Positions 53,304 to 62,851 of a stretch of 64,000 bases of DNA are shown here, one piece after another. Each line of letters opens with the position of its first letter. Position 1 is the first letter of the stretch. A program made the position numbers and the translations under genes. The notes under the pieces are model-generated. The model was not told the DNA's origin, made no database searches, and worked only from the letters and a program-made list of their open reading frames with translations. Source of the DNA: Dehalococcoidia bacterium (GTDB taxonomy: Bacteria > Chloroflexota > Dehalococcoidia > Lucifugimonadales > UBA3495); contig OZ253486.1 of assembly GCA_965261925.1 (NCBI GenBank), positions 1,030,134 to 1,094,133 of the forward strand, in the 5' to 3' direction.

Positions 53304-53726
53304 ATGTCCACCGCCCCCGTCTATACCTACACCTACGACCACATCCACGTCCGCACCAAGGACCCCGAGGGCATGGCCACCTTCTTCGAGACCATGTTCA
53401 ACGCCAAGGTGCTGCGATTGACCCAGAGCGACGGCGTGCCCCGCGTCGACCTGGACGTGAACGGCCTGGCCATCTTCATCGCCTCCGTTCCGCCGGAGGA
53501 GCACATCGACCTGAGCCCCCGCGACTCGCACCTGGGCCTGGACCACTTCGGCTTTCGCGTCGACGACGTCGACGGCGCCGTAGAGGACCTGCGCAGCAAG
53601 GGCGCGGAGATCTACACCGAGCCGCGCACCATCCGCCCCGGCGTCCGCATCGCCTTCGTCCGCGGTCCCGACGACGTCCGCATCGAGTTGTTGCAGCGCG
53701 ACGGTTCCGGCCTGATGGAAGAGTAG
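53304..53726 (+). CDS. VOC family protein (glyoxalase/bleomycin resistance/dioxygenase fold)
   Basis: ...YDHIHVRTKDPEGMATFFETMF...LDHFGFRVDDVDGAVEDLRSKGAEI...AFVRGPDDVRIELLQ. Confidence 0.8.
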   Translation: MSTAPVYTYTYDHIHVRTKDPEGMATFFETMFNAKVLRLTQSDGVPRVDLDVNGLAIFIASVPPEEHIDLSPRDSHLGLDHFGFRVDDVDGAVEDLRSKGAEIYTEPRTIRPGVRIAFVRGPDDVRIELLQRDGSGLMEE

Positions 53727-53736
53727 AGGCGAATCC

Positions 53737-54879
53737 ATGCCCCGAGCCGCCTTCGTCTACGACGACGCCATGAGCCTGCACATGCTGCGCCAGGACCACC
53801 CCATGCGGCCCATCCGGCTCCGGCACACCTTCGAGCTGCTGGACGCCTACGGCGCGTTCGACGGCGCCGAATCGCTGCTGGTCACCCCGACCCTGGCCGA
53901 CGAGACCACCGTGGGCGCGTTTCATTCCCGCGATTATATGGCCGCAGTCCGCACCTTCAGCCTGGGCCTCACCGGATCCCAGCCCCAGCGCTTCGGCTTC
54001 GCCCAGGGTGGTGATAACCCTACCTATCCCGGCATGTACGAGGCCGCCATGCTCAGCACCGGCGCGACCCTGACCGCCGCCCGCATGGTGGCCGACGGCG
54101 AGGTCGCGGCGGCGTTCAACATCAGCGGCGGCCTGCACCACGCGGCGGCCCGCAACGCCAGCGGTTTCTGCGTGTTCAACGACCCCGTCGTCGCCATCAT
54201 GTACCTGCTGCAGCGCGGCCTGCGCGTCGCCTACGTGGACATCGACGCCCACCACGGCGACGGCGTGCAGAACGCCTTCTACAGCGATCCGCGCGTGCTG
54301 ACCATCTCGGTCCACGAATCGGGACAATATCTGTTCCCCGGCACCGGATTCGCCGGCGAGACGGGTTCCGGCGACGGGGCCGGCTACGCCGTCAACCTGC
54401 CCCTGTATCCCTACACCGACGACGAGATATACCTGGAAGCCTTCGAGGCCGTCGTCCCGCCCCTGCTGCAGGCCTTCGCCCCCGACGTGCTGCTCACCCA
54501 ACTGGGCATCGACTCCTACCACACCGACCCGCTGACCCACCTGCAGGTCACCAGCCGGGGCTTCACCGCCGCCGTCGCGCGGCTGGGCGGGCTCGGCTAC
54601 CCGTGGCTGGCCACCGGCGGCGGCGGGTACGACATCGGCGCGGTGGCCCGGTGCTGGACCCTGGCCTACGGCGTCATGTGCGGTACCGAGTGGCCCGACC
54701 GCATCCCAACGCCGGCCATCGAGCGCCTGGGTCGCACCACGTTACGCGATACCGAGATACCCGAAGTTCCCGACCACATCCGCGCCGACGCCCGGGCCCT
54801 GGCCGCCGAAAGCGTCGCCGCCATCCGGGACGCGGTCTTCCCGGCTCACGGCCTCCCGGTTCACGGCCTGGACGTGTAG
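53737..54879 (+). CDS. acuC: histone deacetylase family / acetoin utilization protein AcuC-like
   Basis: ...GGLHHAAARNASGFCVFNDPVVAI...YVDIDAHHGDGVQNAFY...SVHESG...FPGTG. Confidence 0.88.
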   Translation: MPRAAFVYDDAMSLHMLRQDHPMRPIRLRHTFELLDAYGAFDGAESLLVTPTLADETTVGAFHSRDYMAAVRTFSLGLTGSQPQRFGFAQGGDNPTYPGMYEAAMLSTGATLTAARMVADGEVAAAFNISGGLHHAAARNASGFCVFNDPVVAIMYLLQRGLRVAYVDIDAHHGDGVQNAFYSDPRVLTISVHESGQYLFPGTGFAGETGSGDGAGYAVNLPLYPYTDDEIYLEAFEAVVPPLLQAFAPDVLLTQLGIDSYHTDPLTHLQVTSRGFTAAVARLGGLGYPWLATGGGGYDIGAVARCWTLAYGVMCGTEWPDRIPTPAIERLGRTTLRDTEIPEVPDHIRADARALAAESVAAIRDAVFPAHGLPVHGLDV

Positions 54880-55748
54880 CCCTCTCGACCCGGCGGTACG
54901 CAGCGCACTGCCGTGGTGATGAAGCCGCTGTGGGCCACCATCCGGTGGGCCGGTCGCACGCTGCGCCGCGAAACATTCCAGCCCCGCAGCAGGGTCTCCG
55001 CAGTTTCGACACGAGCGAACCGCCCGTCGGCGTTCAGGGCCAGCACCAGTTCCTGCACCTGCAGGACCGTGGGCAGGAAGGATAGCAGGATGCCCCCGGT
55101 GATCAGCGCGTTCGCCGCCGCGTCCACGGCCTGCCACGGCTCCGGCAGGTCCAGTATCACCCGGTCAACGTCGGTATCGGAGATGCCTTCAAAGATGTCG
55201 CCCACCGTCACTTCCAGCCGGGAGGTGTCGGGGATCACCGAACGCACGTTGGACATGGCCTTCGAGACCACGGCCTCGTTGATCTCATAGGAGTGCACGC
55301 GCCCGTCGGGTCCCACTGCGCGGAGCAGGGCCGTGGTCAGCGCGCCGGACCCAAACCCCGCTTCCACGATGGTCGCTCCGGGGAAGATGTCCGCCATCGA
55401 CACGATGTTGCCCAGGTCCTTGGCGTAGATCACCTGGGGGCCGCGCGGCATCAGGCGTACGTAGTCGCCCAGGGTCGGCCGGATGCCCAGCAACACGTGA
55501 CCGCGACTGGTGGTGTACCAGCCGCCCACGGGTTGGCCGATGACGGCGTCGTGGGCCAACCATCCCAGGTGGCAGTGGAACTCGCCGCCCAGGGCCAGGT
55601 TCTCCTGGTAGGTGCGGCCCTTGCGGTCCAGGAACAACGCCAACTCTCCGGCGCTGAACCGGCCGCGGTCAGTGTCGTCTAGGGCCTGGACCGTTGGGTC
55701 TTGGCTGTCGTCATTGTCGGGGGAGGTCACGTTGTCGGGGGATGTCAT
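54861..55748 (-). CDS. trmI: tRNA (adenine(58)-N1)-methyltransferase TrmI/GCD14 family
   Basis: ...[55 protein letters not shown]... Its 3' end overlaps the convergent acuC by 19 nt. Confidence 0.85.
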   Translation of the reverse strand: MTSPDNVTSPDNDDSQDPTVQALDDTDRGRFSAGELALFLDRKGRTYQENLALGGEFHCHLGWLAHDAVIGQPVGGWYTTSRGHVLLGIRPTLGDYVRLMPRGPQVIYAKDLGNIVSMADIFPGATIVEAGFGSGALTTALLRAVGPDGRVHSYEINEAVVSKAMSNVRSVIPDTSRLEVTVGDIFEGISDTDVDRVILDLPEPWQAVDAAANALITGGILLSFLPTVLQVQELVLALNADGRFARVETAETLLRGWNVSRRSVRPAHRMVAHSGFITTAVRCVPPGREGYTSRP

Positions 55749-55768
55749 TGGTGTATTATACCGCCGTT

Positions 55769-56167
55769 ATGCAGGAGCGGATGTTTACCCTGGAAGAGGC
55801 CAACGATCTGGTGCCGTGGCTCGAAGAGCGGTTCGAGGCAATGGCGCCGCTGCGGGCCGAGCTGGTGCGTCAGCAGGAGGAGTTGCTGTCCCTGCTCCGT
55901 CGCCGCCGCAGCAATGGTCACTCCAGCAGCGAGGAGGACATCTCCGAGTCCGAACGTATCGTCTCCCAGCTCACCCAACGCCTGCAGGAAGCCGTCGCCG
56001 AGATCACCGGCCGCGGAATACAGGTGCGCGACATCGGCCGCGGCCTCGTCGACTTCCCGGCCCGCCACGAGGGCGACATCGTGTACCTCTGCTGGCAGCG
56101 CGGCGAGCCGTCCATCAACTGGTGGCACCCCACCGACACCGGCTTCGCCGGCCGGAGACCGTTGTAA
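55769..56167 (+). CDS. DUF2203 domain protein
   Basis: [22 protein letters not shown]...[38 protein letters not shown]. Confidence 0.75.
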   Translation: MQERMFTLEEANDLVPWLEERFEAMAPLRAELVRQQEELLSLLRRRRSNGHSSSEEDISESERIVSQLTQRLQEAVAEITGRGIQVRDIGRGLVDFPARHEGDIVYLCWQRGEPSINWWHPTDTGFAGRRPL

Positions 56168-56188
56168 CACCCCACGTTGGCCTCCGCC

Positions 56189-56335
56189 AATGCAAGGATG
56201 GCGACGTAAAGTTGCATTGCCCGGCTGCAAATGCAAGGATCCTTGCATTTGCAACGCAGTAACGCAAGGTTGAATACCAAAAAATTGCATTGACTTCGCG
56301 GTAATGCAAGGTTGCCGTGCTATCCTTGCATTACC
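56189..56335. promoter_or_regulatory. array of ATGCAAGG half-sites/palindromes upstream of the Fic gene (putative operator array)
   Basis: aatgcaagga (56189); a perfect 28-bp palindrome tgcaaatgcaaGGATCCttgcatttgca (56226-56253); aacgcaaggtt (56261); a 12-bp inverted repeat ggtaatgcaagg / ccttgcattacc (56300-56311 and 56324-56335). Confidence 0.6.
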
Positions 56336-56377
56336 ATACAGACCTCCACAATTGGTCTGCTTCATTCGAGGACGTTG

Positions 56378-57550
56378 ATGCGAGACACTGATTTCACCGA
56401 TGCCAGCCCGGGACAACTGGTGGCCGCGCAAACGCTCGATGGCAGTTATTGGCCTGCTTTCGTGCCTCATCCTTTGCCGCCTGAATTGACCTGGACCGAC
56501 GCAACGGTTGCCTTACTGTCTCAGGCTGACCGGGCGTTGAGCCGGCTCAACGGACGCGCAGCAAGTATGCCTAATCCACATTTGTTGATCGGGCCGATGA
56601 CAACACGCGAAGCAGTGGCATCCAGCAGTATCGAAGGTACGACTTCTGATTTTCCAGATCTCTACCAGTTTCAGCTCGACGGAACGGCGCCCGACCGGGA
56701 TGATGCCGAAGAAGTGGATAATCACGTCCGGGCCATGCAGTTGGGCTTGCAGCGGTTGCAGCAATTGCCCATGAGCTTGCGGTTGATACGTGACGTTCAT
56801 CGAGAGCTGATGTCCGGCACCAGGGGTGGCAACCGCCGGCCGGGGGAATTTCGGGCCAGTCAGGTGGTGATCGGCGGGCGGCGTGGCATACGGTATGCGA
56901 GATACGTTCCTCCACCGCCTGGTGAGATGACAACCGCGCTGTACGCGCTGGAGGAATTCACCGTATCCGATAGCCCGCTTCCGATGTTGGTCCAGGCGGC
57001 GCTGATACATTACCAGTTCGAGGCTATTCACCCGTTCGAGGATGGCAACGGGCGTACTGGTAGGGTGCTGATAACTTTGCTACTTTGCGAACGCGACTAC
57101 CTACAGCATCCTTGGCTGTACGTGAGTGACTATTTCGCTAAGTATCGTCAAGAATACCTGGACTTGCTTCTGGGCGTGAGCCTGCGCGGCGAATGGGATT
57201 CATGGCTTCGATTTTTTCTGATGACTGTAGCGGCGGTAGCCGTTGACGCGTTGGCACGAATAGAAAATCTGGACAATATCAGTTCAGATTATCGGGGCCG
57301 GGTCAGGTCTCACCGTACCGCTGGCACAGCGTTTCGACTCATCGCGGCGCTGTTCGAACTGCCTTATATAACATCTCCCCGAGTCCAGTCCCTCCTCGGC
57401 CTGTCCCACACGTCAGCTCAGGGGCACTTGTCGCGCCTGGTGGATGCTGGAATACTGGCCCCGGTCGGAGAACGACGTCGGCCCCAACTATATGTCGCTC
57501 CTGGCATCCTCAACGCTATTGCCGAGGAACCGGACTTTCGCGACTTCTGA
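56378..57550 (+). CDS. Fic family protein (AMPylase-type, with C-terminal wHTH-like region)
   Basis: ...SSSIEGT...IRDVHRELM...; Fic motif HPFEDGNGRTGRVL. Start at ATG 56378. Confidence 0.88.
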   Translation: MRDTDFTDASPGQLVAAQTLDGSYWPAFVPHPLPPELTWTDATVALLSQADRALSRLNGRAASMPNPHLLIGPMTTREAVASSSIEGTTSDFPDLYQFQLDGTAPDRDDAEEVDNHVRAMQLGLQRLQQLPMSLRLIRDVHRELMSGTRGGNRRPGEFRASQVVIGGRRGIRYARYVPPPPGEMTTALYALEEFTVSDSPLPMLVQAALIHYQFEAIHPFEDGNGRTGRVLITLLLCERDYLQHPWLYVSDYFAKYRQEYLDLLLGVSLRGEWDSWLRFFLMTVAAVAVDALARIENLDNISSDYRGRVRSHRTAGTAFRLIAALFELPYITSPRVQSLLGLSHTSAQGHLSRLVDAGILAPVGERRRPQLYVAPGILNAIAEEPDFRDF

Positions 57551-58313
57551 TACTCTCCACCGCCGCCCGTATCTCATCGGCGTGGACGGCGTAGAAGGTC
57601 CCCACCACCTGCCCGCCTCCCGGCGTCCGACGCGCGGCGGCGCGCACCATGCCCACCACTTCGCCGGCAATGTTGAGAACCGGCCCGCCGCTGTCGCCAG
57701 GGTCGATGGGCGCGTCCATCTCCAGGTTCCGCCCGTAGCTCTGGGCGCCGAAGTTGGTGATCTGCGAAAGGATGCCCGCGTTGGCTTTGGGCGAGCCCAC
57801 CTCGCCGTCACCCTTGACGCCGCTGCCCGAGTATCCCAGGGCCAGCAGATCCCCGGCGATGTCGTTGATGTCGGCGTCACCGAGGACCAACGGGGCCGCG
57901 CCCGTCCCGAGCCGTGTTGCCGGGACGTCGTACTCAAGCAGCGCGACGTCCCGGCGTTTGTCCACGCCGGCCACCATCGCGGCGAATGCCGGGGCGGCCG
58001 ACTGCCGGACGGTGACCTCCGCGCTGTCGGATACCACGTGCGCCGCCGTGACGATTACCCCCGGCTCCAGCAGCCAGCCCGTGCCGTGCTGCCCCCCTTC
58101 CGGTTCGATGTAGAACACCGCCGGCCAGGCCTGTTGGTATACACCAGTCAGATTAGAAGGAGCGCTTGCTGCAAGCGCAGCATCGACCGCACGCTGTACC
58201 CGTGCGTCCAGTTCGGCGTCGCTGGGGCCGCACGCCGCTACCGATACCAAAAAAAGCGCGGCAACCCAGACCGCGGCCACGCGGACAGCGAGGTTGCCGC
58301 GGTTGTCGCGCAA
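57516..58313 (-). CDS. trypsin-like serine protease (S1C-like, no PDZ), probable lipoprotein
   Basis: Lipobox FLVSVAAC; His ...VTAAHVV; Asp ...RRDVALLEY; Ser ...DPGDSGGPVL. Its 3' end overlaps the convergent fic by 35 nt. Confidence 0.85.
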   Translation of the reverse strand: MRDNRGNLAVRVAAVWVAALFLVSVAACGPSDAELDARVQRAVDAALAASAPSNLTGVYQQAWPAVFYIEPEGGQHGTGWLLEPGVIVTAAHVVSDSAEVTVRQSAAPAFAAMVAGVDKRRDVALLEYDVPATRLGTGAAPLVLGDADINDIAGDLLALGYSGSGVKGDGEVGSPKANAGILSQITNFGAQSYGRNLEMDAPIDPGDSGGPVLNIAGEVVGMVRAAARRTPGGGQVVGTFYAVHADEIRAAVESIRSRESPVPRQ

Positions 58314-58330
58314 CGCCGGCGTGGAGGAGC

Positions 58331-59842
58331 TTAGATGAACCGCGCCTGCGCCCGCGCCTCGTCGGCGTAGTCGATATAGACCGTGATGACCTCGCTGAAG
58401 AAGTCCACCGCCTCCACGCCCTGCTCCCGTTGGCCTACGCCGGAGGCCTTGAGGCCGCCAAAGGGCAGGTGCACCTCGCCGCCCAGCGTTGGGGCGTTGA
58501 CGTGGACCATTCCGGCGTCCACCGTGTTGATGTACCGGAAGGCCCGCGGGATGTCACGGGTGTACACCGACGAGGACAGGCCGAACTTGACGCTGTTGGA
58601 AATCTCCACGGCGTGGTCCAGGTCGCGGGCGCGGAACACCGTCAGCACCGGCCCGAATATCTCCTCCCGGGCAATCCGCATTTCGGGGTCCACGTCGGTG
58701 AAGATGGTCGGCTCCACGTACCAGCCCTCATCGTAGATGCCGCCGTGCAGGGTGCGGCCGCCGAAGGCCAGGGTCGCGCCCTCGTCCCGTCCGGCGGTGA
58801 TGTAGTCTGATACCGTCCGCTGCTGCGATTCGCTGGAAAGCGGGCTCACGTCGATGCCCTCGTCCAGCCCGTCGCCGATGGTCAGCTTGGACGTGCGCTC
58901 GATCAGCTCCTCCATGAACTGGTCATAGACCCCGTCCTCCACAATCACCCGGCTGGTGGCGGTGCAGCGTTGGCCCGTCGAGCCGAACGCGCCCTGCACG
59001 ATGCCGCCCAGCGCCTTGTCCAGGTCGGCGTCGGCCAGCAGGATAACGGCGTTCTTGCCGCCCATCTCGGCCTGTACCTTCTTCAGCAGGGAGGCCCCTC
59101 GCGTGTACAGCTCGGTACCGATCTCCGTGCTGCCGGTGAAGGATATGCCGGTCACGTCCGGCGATTCCACCAGCGCGTTGCCCACGCTGCCGCCGGGGCC
59201 GGTGATCAGGTTCAAAACGCCGGGGGGCACGCCGGCTTCCTCGAACACCTCAGTTAGTTTCACGGCACACAACGGCGTGCTCGAGGCTGGCTTGAAGATC
59301 ATTGCGTTGCCGCAGATCAGCGCCGGCGCCATCTTCCACGCCGGAATGGCGATCGGGAAGTTCCACGGGGTGATGATGCCCACCACGCCCAGGGGTCGGC
59401 GCACGGTGTAGGCCACCGTGTTGGGCAGCTCCGACGGCGTGGTGTAGCCGAACATCCGCCGACCCTCGCCGGCCGCGTACTCCATGATGTTCATGGCCCG
59501 CTTGACCTCGCCCCGCGCGTCTGGCAGCGGCTTGCCCTCCTCTTCGGTGATGGTCCGCGCGATCTCGTCGGATCGACGCTCCATGATCTCCAGAGCGCGG
59601 AAGAGCACCTGCGCGCGCACCGGCGCCGGCGTGTCGGCCCAGCCGGCAGCGGCTTCGGCGGCGGCCGCCACAGCCCGCAGCGTGTCCTCGGGATTCGACA
59701 GCTGGAAGTGTCCCAGCAACGTGTTCTTGTGGGCCGGGTTGTACACGGAATAGGTGCGGCCGGAGTCGGAGGGCGTCCACTGGCCGTTGATAAAGTTGTT
59801 GTGCGTGCGAACATCGCTTGGTGAAGAATTCGGGGTGGGCAT
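58331..59842 (-). CDS. aldehyde dehydrogenase family protein
   Basis: ...FINGQW...ITPWNFP...FTGSTEIG...EMGGKNA...GQRCTA...EEIFGPV...; start at ATG 59842. Confidence 0.9.
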   Translation of the reverse strand: MPTPNSSPSDVRTHNNFINGQWTPSDSGRTYSVYNPAHKNTLLGHFQLSNPEDTLRAVAAAAEAAAGWADTPAPVRAQVLFRALEIMERRSDEIARTITEEEGKPLPDARGEVKRAMNIMEYAAGEGRRMFGYTTPSELPNTVAYTVRRPLGVVGIITPWNFPIAIPAWKMAPALICGNAMIFKPASSTPLCAVKLTEVFEEAGVPPGVLNLITGPGGSVGNALVESPDVTGISFTGSTEIGTELYTRGASLLKKVQAEMGGKNAVILLADADLDKALGGIVQGAFGSTGQRCTATSRVIVEDGVYDQFMEELIERTSKLTIGDGLDEGIDVSPLSSESQQRTVSDYITAGRDEGATLAFGGRTLHGGIYDEGWYVEPTIFTDVDPEMRIAREEIFGPVLTVFRARDLDHAVEISNSVKFGLSSSVYTRDIPRAFRYINTVDAGMVHVNAPTLGGEVHLPFGGLKASGVGQREQGVEAVDFFSEVITVYIDYADEARAQARFI

Positions 59843-60021
59843 CGTGGCTGGAACTCCTGTGTCCGTCCGCCTCCGGCGGCTTGCAAGTGCGTTGCAGAAT
59901 ACTACCGGGCGCAACCCACGGCAAGCGTCGTGGCAGCCAGCGACACGGGCGGGTTACAATGACATTGCCCGCAACGGTCTGCTCGCTGCCGGCCAGTTTT
60001 GATCGATCAAGGAGACGCCCC

Positions 60022-60309
60022 ATGGCCGCCTACATCATTGCGACGATTGAAGTTACCGACCCCGAGAAGTTTGAGGTCTACCGCGGGCAGGTCCCCGCCA
60101 CTATCGAAAACCACGGCGGCCGTTACCTGGCCCGTGGCGGCGAGGTGACAGTGGTCGAGGGCGACCAGCCCACTCGCCGCACCGTCATTCTGGAATTCGA
60201 CAGCCTCGAAAAGGCCAACGGCTGGTACTACTCCGATGACTACGCCGGCCCCAAGGAACTGCGGATCGCCTCCACCATCTCCAATGTGACGATCGTGGAA
60301 GGGGTCTGA
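60022..60309 (+). CDS. DUF1330 domain protein
   Basis: MAAYIIATIEVTDPEKFEVYRGQVPATIENHGGRYLARGGEVTVVEGD...ILEFDSLEKANGWYYSDDY; AAGGAGA RBS. Confidence 0.8.
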   Translation: MAAYIIATIEVTDPEKFEVYRGQVPATIENHGGRYLARGGEVTVVEGDQPTRRTVILEFDSLEKANGWYYSDDYAGPKELRIASTISNVTIVEGV

Positions 60310-60338
60310 CCGCCCCACGGCTTGGGAGTGAATCCAGC

Positions 60339-61232
60339 ATGACCACCGCAACCGGTAATAAAACCCGTCCGCGCATCAGGGTTCAGGAACTGGTTAGCCG
60401 GTTCGTCCGGCAGGGCCTGGATCGCCCGCTGTCCGAGGATGACCCGGACATCTACTACCCTGATTCGGACGGAAACCCCATGGCAGAAACCGACGCCCAG
60501 TTCTACCCGCTCTCCGAAACAGTACTCGCCCTGCGCCAACACTATGCCGACCGGGACGATGTCTATGTCTCCGGCGACCTCCTGGTCTACTACCGGATGA
60601 ACGACAACACGGTACGCCTCGCTCCGGACGTGTTCGTCGTGTTCGGCGTGGAGGATTACCTGCGCAGCTCTTACATCATCTGGCGCGAGGAAGGCAAAAC
60701 CCCGGATTTCGTTCTGGAAATCGCGTCGCCCAGCACCTTCGTGCGCGACATGACCGAAAAGCGGGCGCTTTACGCGGCGCTGGGTGTGACCGAATACTGG
60801 CGCTTCGACCCCACCGGGCAACTTTTCGCCCCAACTCTGGTCGGCGAGCAGTTGGCCGAGGATGGAGAATACGAACCCATCGAAATCGGGGCGGGCGATG
60901 ACGGGATGCTGCGCGGATTCAGCGTGGTGCTGGGGTTGGAAGTTTGCCAGCGTCCCAACGGTGACTTACGCCTCTACGACCCGGAAACCCTGACCTGGCT
61001 CAGCTATCTTGCGGAAGAAGTGGCCGCCCGCCAGGCCGCCGAGGATGCCCGCGCTGTCGCCGAAGATGCCCGCGCTGTCGCCCAGGATGCTCGCGATGTC
61101 GCCGAGGACGCCCGCGACGCCGCCCAGGATGCCCGGGATGCCGCCGAAGATGCCCGCGCTGCCGCCGAAGCTCGCGCCCTCGCCTTGGAGGATCGGCTCA
61201 GACAGCACGGCCTGATGCCCGATGCCGAGTGA
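60339..61232 (+). CDS. Uma2 family endonuclease (DUF820), copy 5, with a repetitive C-terminal extension
   Basis: ...YYPDSDGNPMAE...APDVFVVFGVE...KTPDFVLEIASPSTFVRDMTEKRALYAALGVTEYWRFDPTG... plus the tail (AEDARAV)x6-like. Confidence 0.85.
   Translation: MTTATGNKTRPRIRVQELVSRFVRQGLDRPLSEDDPDIYYPDSDGNPMAETDAQFYPLSETVLALRQHYADRDDVYVSGDLLVYYRMNDNTVRLAPDVFVVFGVEDYLRSSYIIWREEGKTPDFVLEIASPSTFVRDMTEKRALYAALGVTEYWRFDPTGQLFAPTLVGEQLAEDGEYEPIEIGAGDDGMLRGFSVVLGLEVCQRPNGDLRLYDPETLTWLSYLAEEVAARQAAEDARAVAEDARAVAQDARDVAEDARDAAQDARDAAEDARAAAEARALALEDRLRQHGLMPDAE
61038..61170 (+). repeat. 21-nt tandem repeat (about 6 units) encoding an A(E/Q)DAR(A/D)(V/A) heptad array
   Basis: gccgaggatgcccgcgctgtc / gccgaagatgcccgcgctgtc / gcccaggatgctcgcgatgtc / gccgaggacgcccgcgacgcc / gcccaggatgcccgggatgcc / gccgaagatgcccgcgctgcc. 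Confidence 0.9.
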
Positions 61233-61267
61233 CGTTCACCGCGACCGGCCCGGGCAAGAATAAAATC

Positions 61268-61290
61268 GGGGCGGGTGTCAAACCCGCCCC
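61268..61290. terminator. GGGGCGGG hairpin between convergent genes
   Basis: ggggcgggtgtcaaacccgcccc is nearly identical to the hairpin at 28594. Confidence 0.5.
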
Positions 61291-61321
61291 TCAAATGCGC
61301 TTATCTATGGCGTAGGGTGCG

Positions 61322-61771
61322 CTATCCCTCAAAGTCCACGCCCACGCCCACTATCTCCACCTGCATGGAGCGGATGTCCGGCGCGCCCTCGTCGAAGGTC
61401 ACGCCCACCACCACGTTGATCCCGCGATCAACCTCGGGAGTTCCCGGGATCTCGAAACTGGCGTCCAGGTTGTCGCCCTTGATGGCCATGCCCAAGTGCT
61501 CGGCGATGATCTTCTCGCCGTCGTACACCAGCACCTCGGCCACGTTGGCGTGCGAGCGCGCGCGGAAGGACACCGACACCGACTCGGCCTTGGTGCGGTT
61601 TCCGTTCTGCACCGTGGGGGTGGGTATGGCGAAGTGCAGCCAGGTGTTCTGCCCCTCGTTGCCCTCAATGCGCACGAACGGCCCGCAGTGACGCACGGCG
61701 GTGATGCGGTTCAGGTACTCTCCGGTCATGGCGGAGCCGTGTACCCAGGATGTGAATTTCTGTCCTGCCAT
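61322..61771 (-). CDS. hypothetical protein (149 aa from MAGQKFTSW)
   Basis: ATG at 61771 behind a GGAGG RBS. No recognisable motif. Confidence 0.55.
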   Translation of the reverse strand: MAGQKFTSWVHGSAMTGEYLNRITAVRHCGPFVRIEGNEGQNTWLHFAIPTPTVQNGNRTKAESVSVSFRARSHANVAEVLVYDGEKIIAEHLGMAIKGDNLDASFEIPGTPEVDRGINVVVGVTFDEGAPDIRSMQVEIVGVGVDFEG

Positions 61772-61940
61772 CGTCGTAACCTCCTGGCGGCGGCGCGGTT
61801 GGAAAACGTGATTGTCGCGATTGGTTACAGGGGATCGTATCACGGTACAGAATACCCGTCAGGCGGGTAGACCGCAACAACGTCCCAGGAGCGGCCAGGG
61901 TCATTCGGTTTTCCTGAATGCCGTGGCCCCGAAGCCCGAA

Positions 61941-61993
61941 CGTCATTGCGAACACCCACCCCTGTCACTGCGAGCACAGCGTGGCAATCCCGT
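61941..61993 (-). repeat. REP/MITE-like repeat (opposite orientation)
   Basis: cgtcattgcgaacacccacccctgtcactgcgagcacagcgtggcaatcccgt. Confidence 0.75.
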
Positions 61994-62274
61994 CGCCACA
62001 GCGCAGCCCCTCGCCGAAAGCGGTCGCATCGCTCCGTTGCTGCCGCGCTATTCCATTCCGGACGGCGACAACCTAATGACTCTCGGGAACGCCCAGGGCA
62101 AGCGCATTTGGAACTTGCCGGCCCGTCACTCCGGCGAAATCCGGAGTCCAAAAAACGACGGGACGGGGGTCTTGTACTGGATTCCTGCCTACAGGAGGAT
62201 CACTGTGGCCGGAGACGACACGGGCTGCCAGGCGGCAGCCCGTATGCTACTTCCCTGCCGGAGCGGCCGAGTGA

Positions 62275-62811
62275 TTAGAGCATCGTCCCCTGCTGCCGCT
62301 CCATTTCCAGCAGGCGCGCTTTCACGCCGATGCCGCCGGCGCCGTAACCGTGCAGGCTTCCGGTGCTGCCCACCACCCGGTGGCACGGAATGATCAGGGG
62401 GAAGGGGTTTCTGGCCATCGCCTGGCCGGCGGCGCGAGAGGCTTTGGAGTTCCCGGCGGCCTCTGCCAGCCACTGGTAGGAACGTGTTTCGCCCGCTGGT
62501 ATGCCGCGGCAAGCGGCCCAGGCCGCCCCGAAGAACGGCGAAGCATTGGAGAGATCTAGCGGAATCCCATCCAGCGCTATGACGTTGCCCGCAAAGTATT
62601 CCCTGAACGCAACCAGCGCCTTTGCGAAGACGGCCGGATTATCCTCGGCGCCGTTCACCGCATCGCCCAGGCCATCCAGGGCTTCTTGCGGCTCCGGCTG
62701 CAGGCTGACCCGGCGCAGTCCGCCCGCCGAACCCAGCAGTGCCAACCACCCGAAGGGAGTTTCCTCCAGGCAGTAGCAGAGCGCCTCACATGACCCCGTG
62801 GTTGAACTCAT
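62275..62811 (-). CDS. ogt: methylated-DNA--protein-cysteine methyltransferase
   Basis: ...IPAGETRSYQWLAEAAG...RAAGQAMARNPFPLIIPCHRVVGSTGSLHGY carries the PCHRV active site. Confidence 0.9.
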   Translation of the reverse strand: MSSTTGSCEALCYCLEETPFGWLALLGSAGGLRRVSLQPEPQEALDGLGDAVNGAEDNPAVFAKALVAFREYFAGNVIALDGIPLDLSNASPFFGAAWAACRGIPAGETRSYQWLAEAAGNSKASRAAGQAMARNPFPLIIPCHRVVGSTGSLHGYGAGGIGVKARLLEMERQQGTML

Positions 62812-62851
62812 TGCACCGCCGTTTCGTCAGAGTTGCGCGATATTCCCAGAT

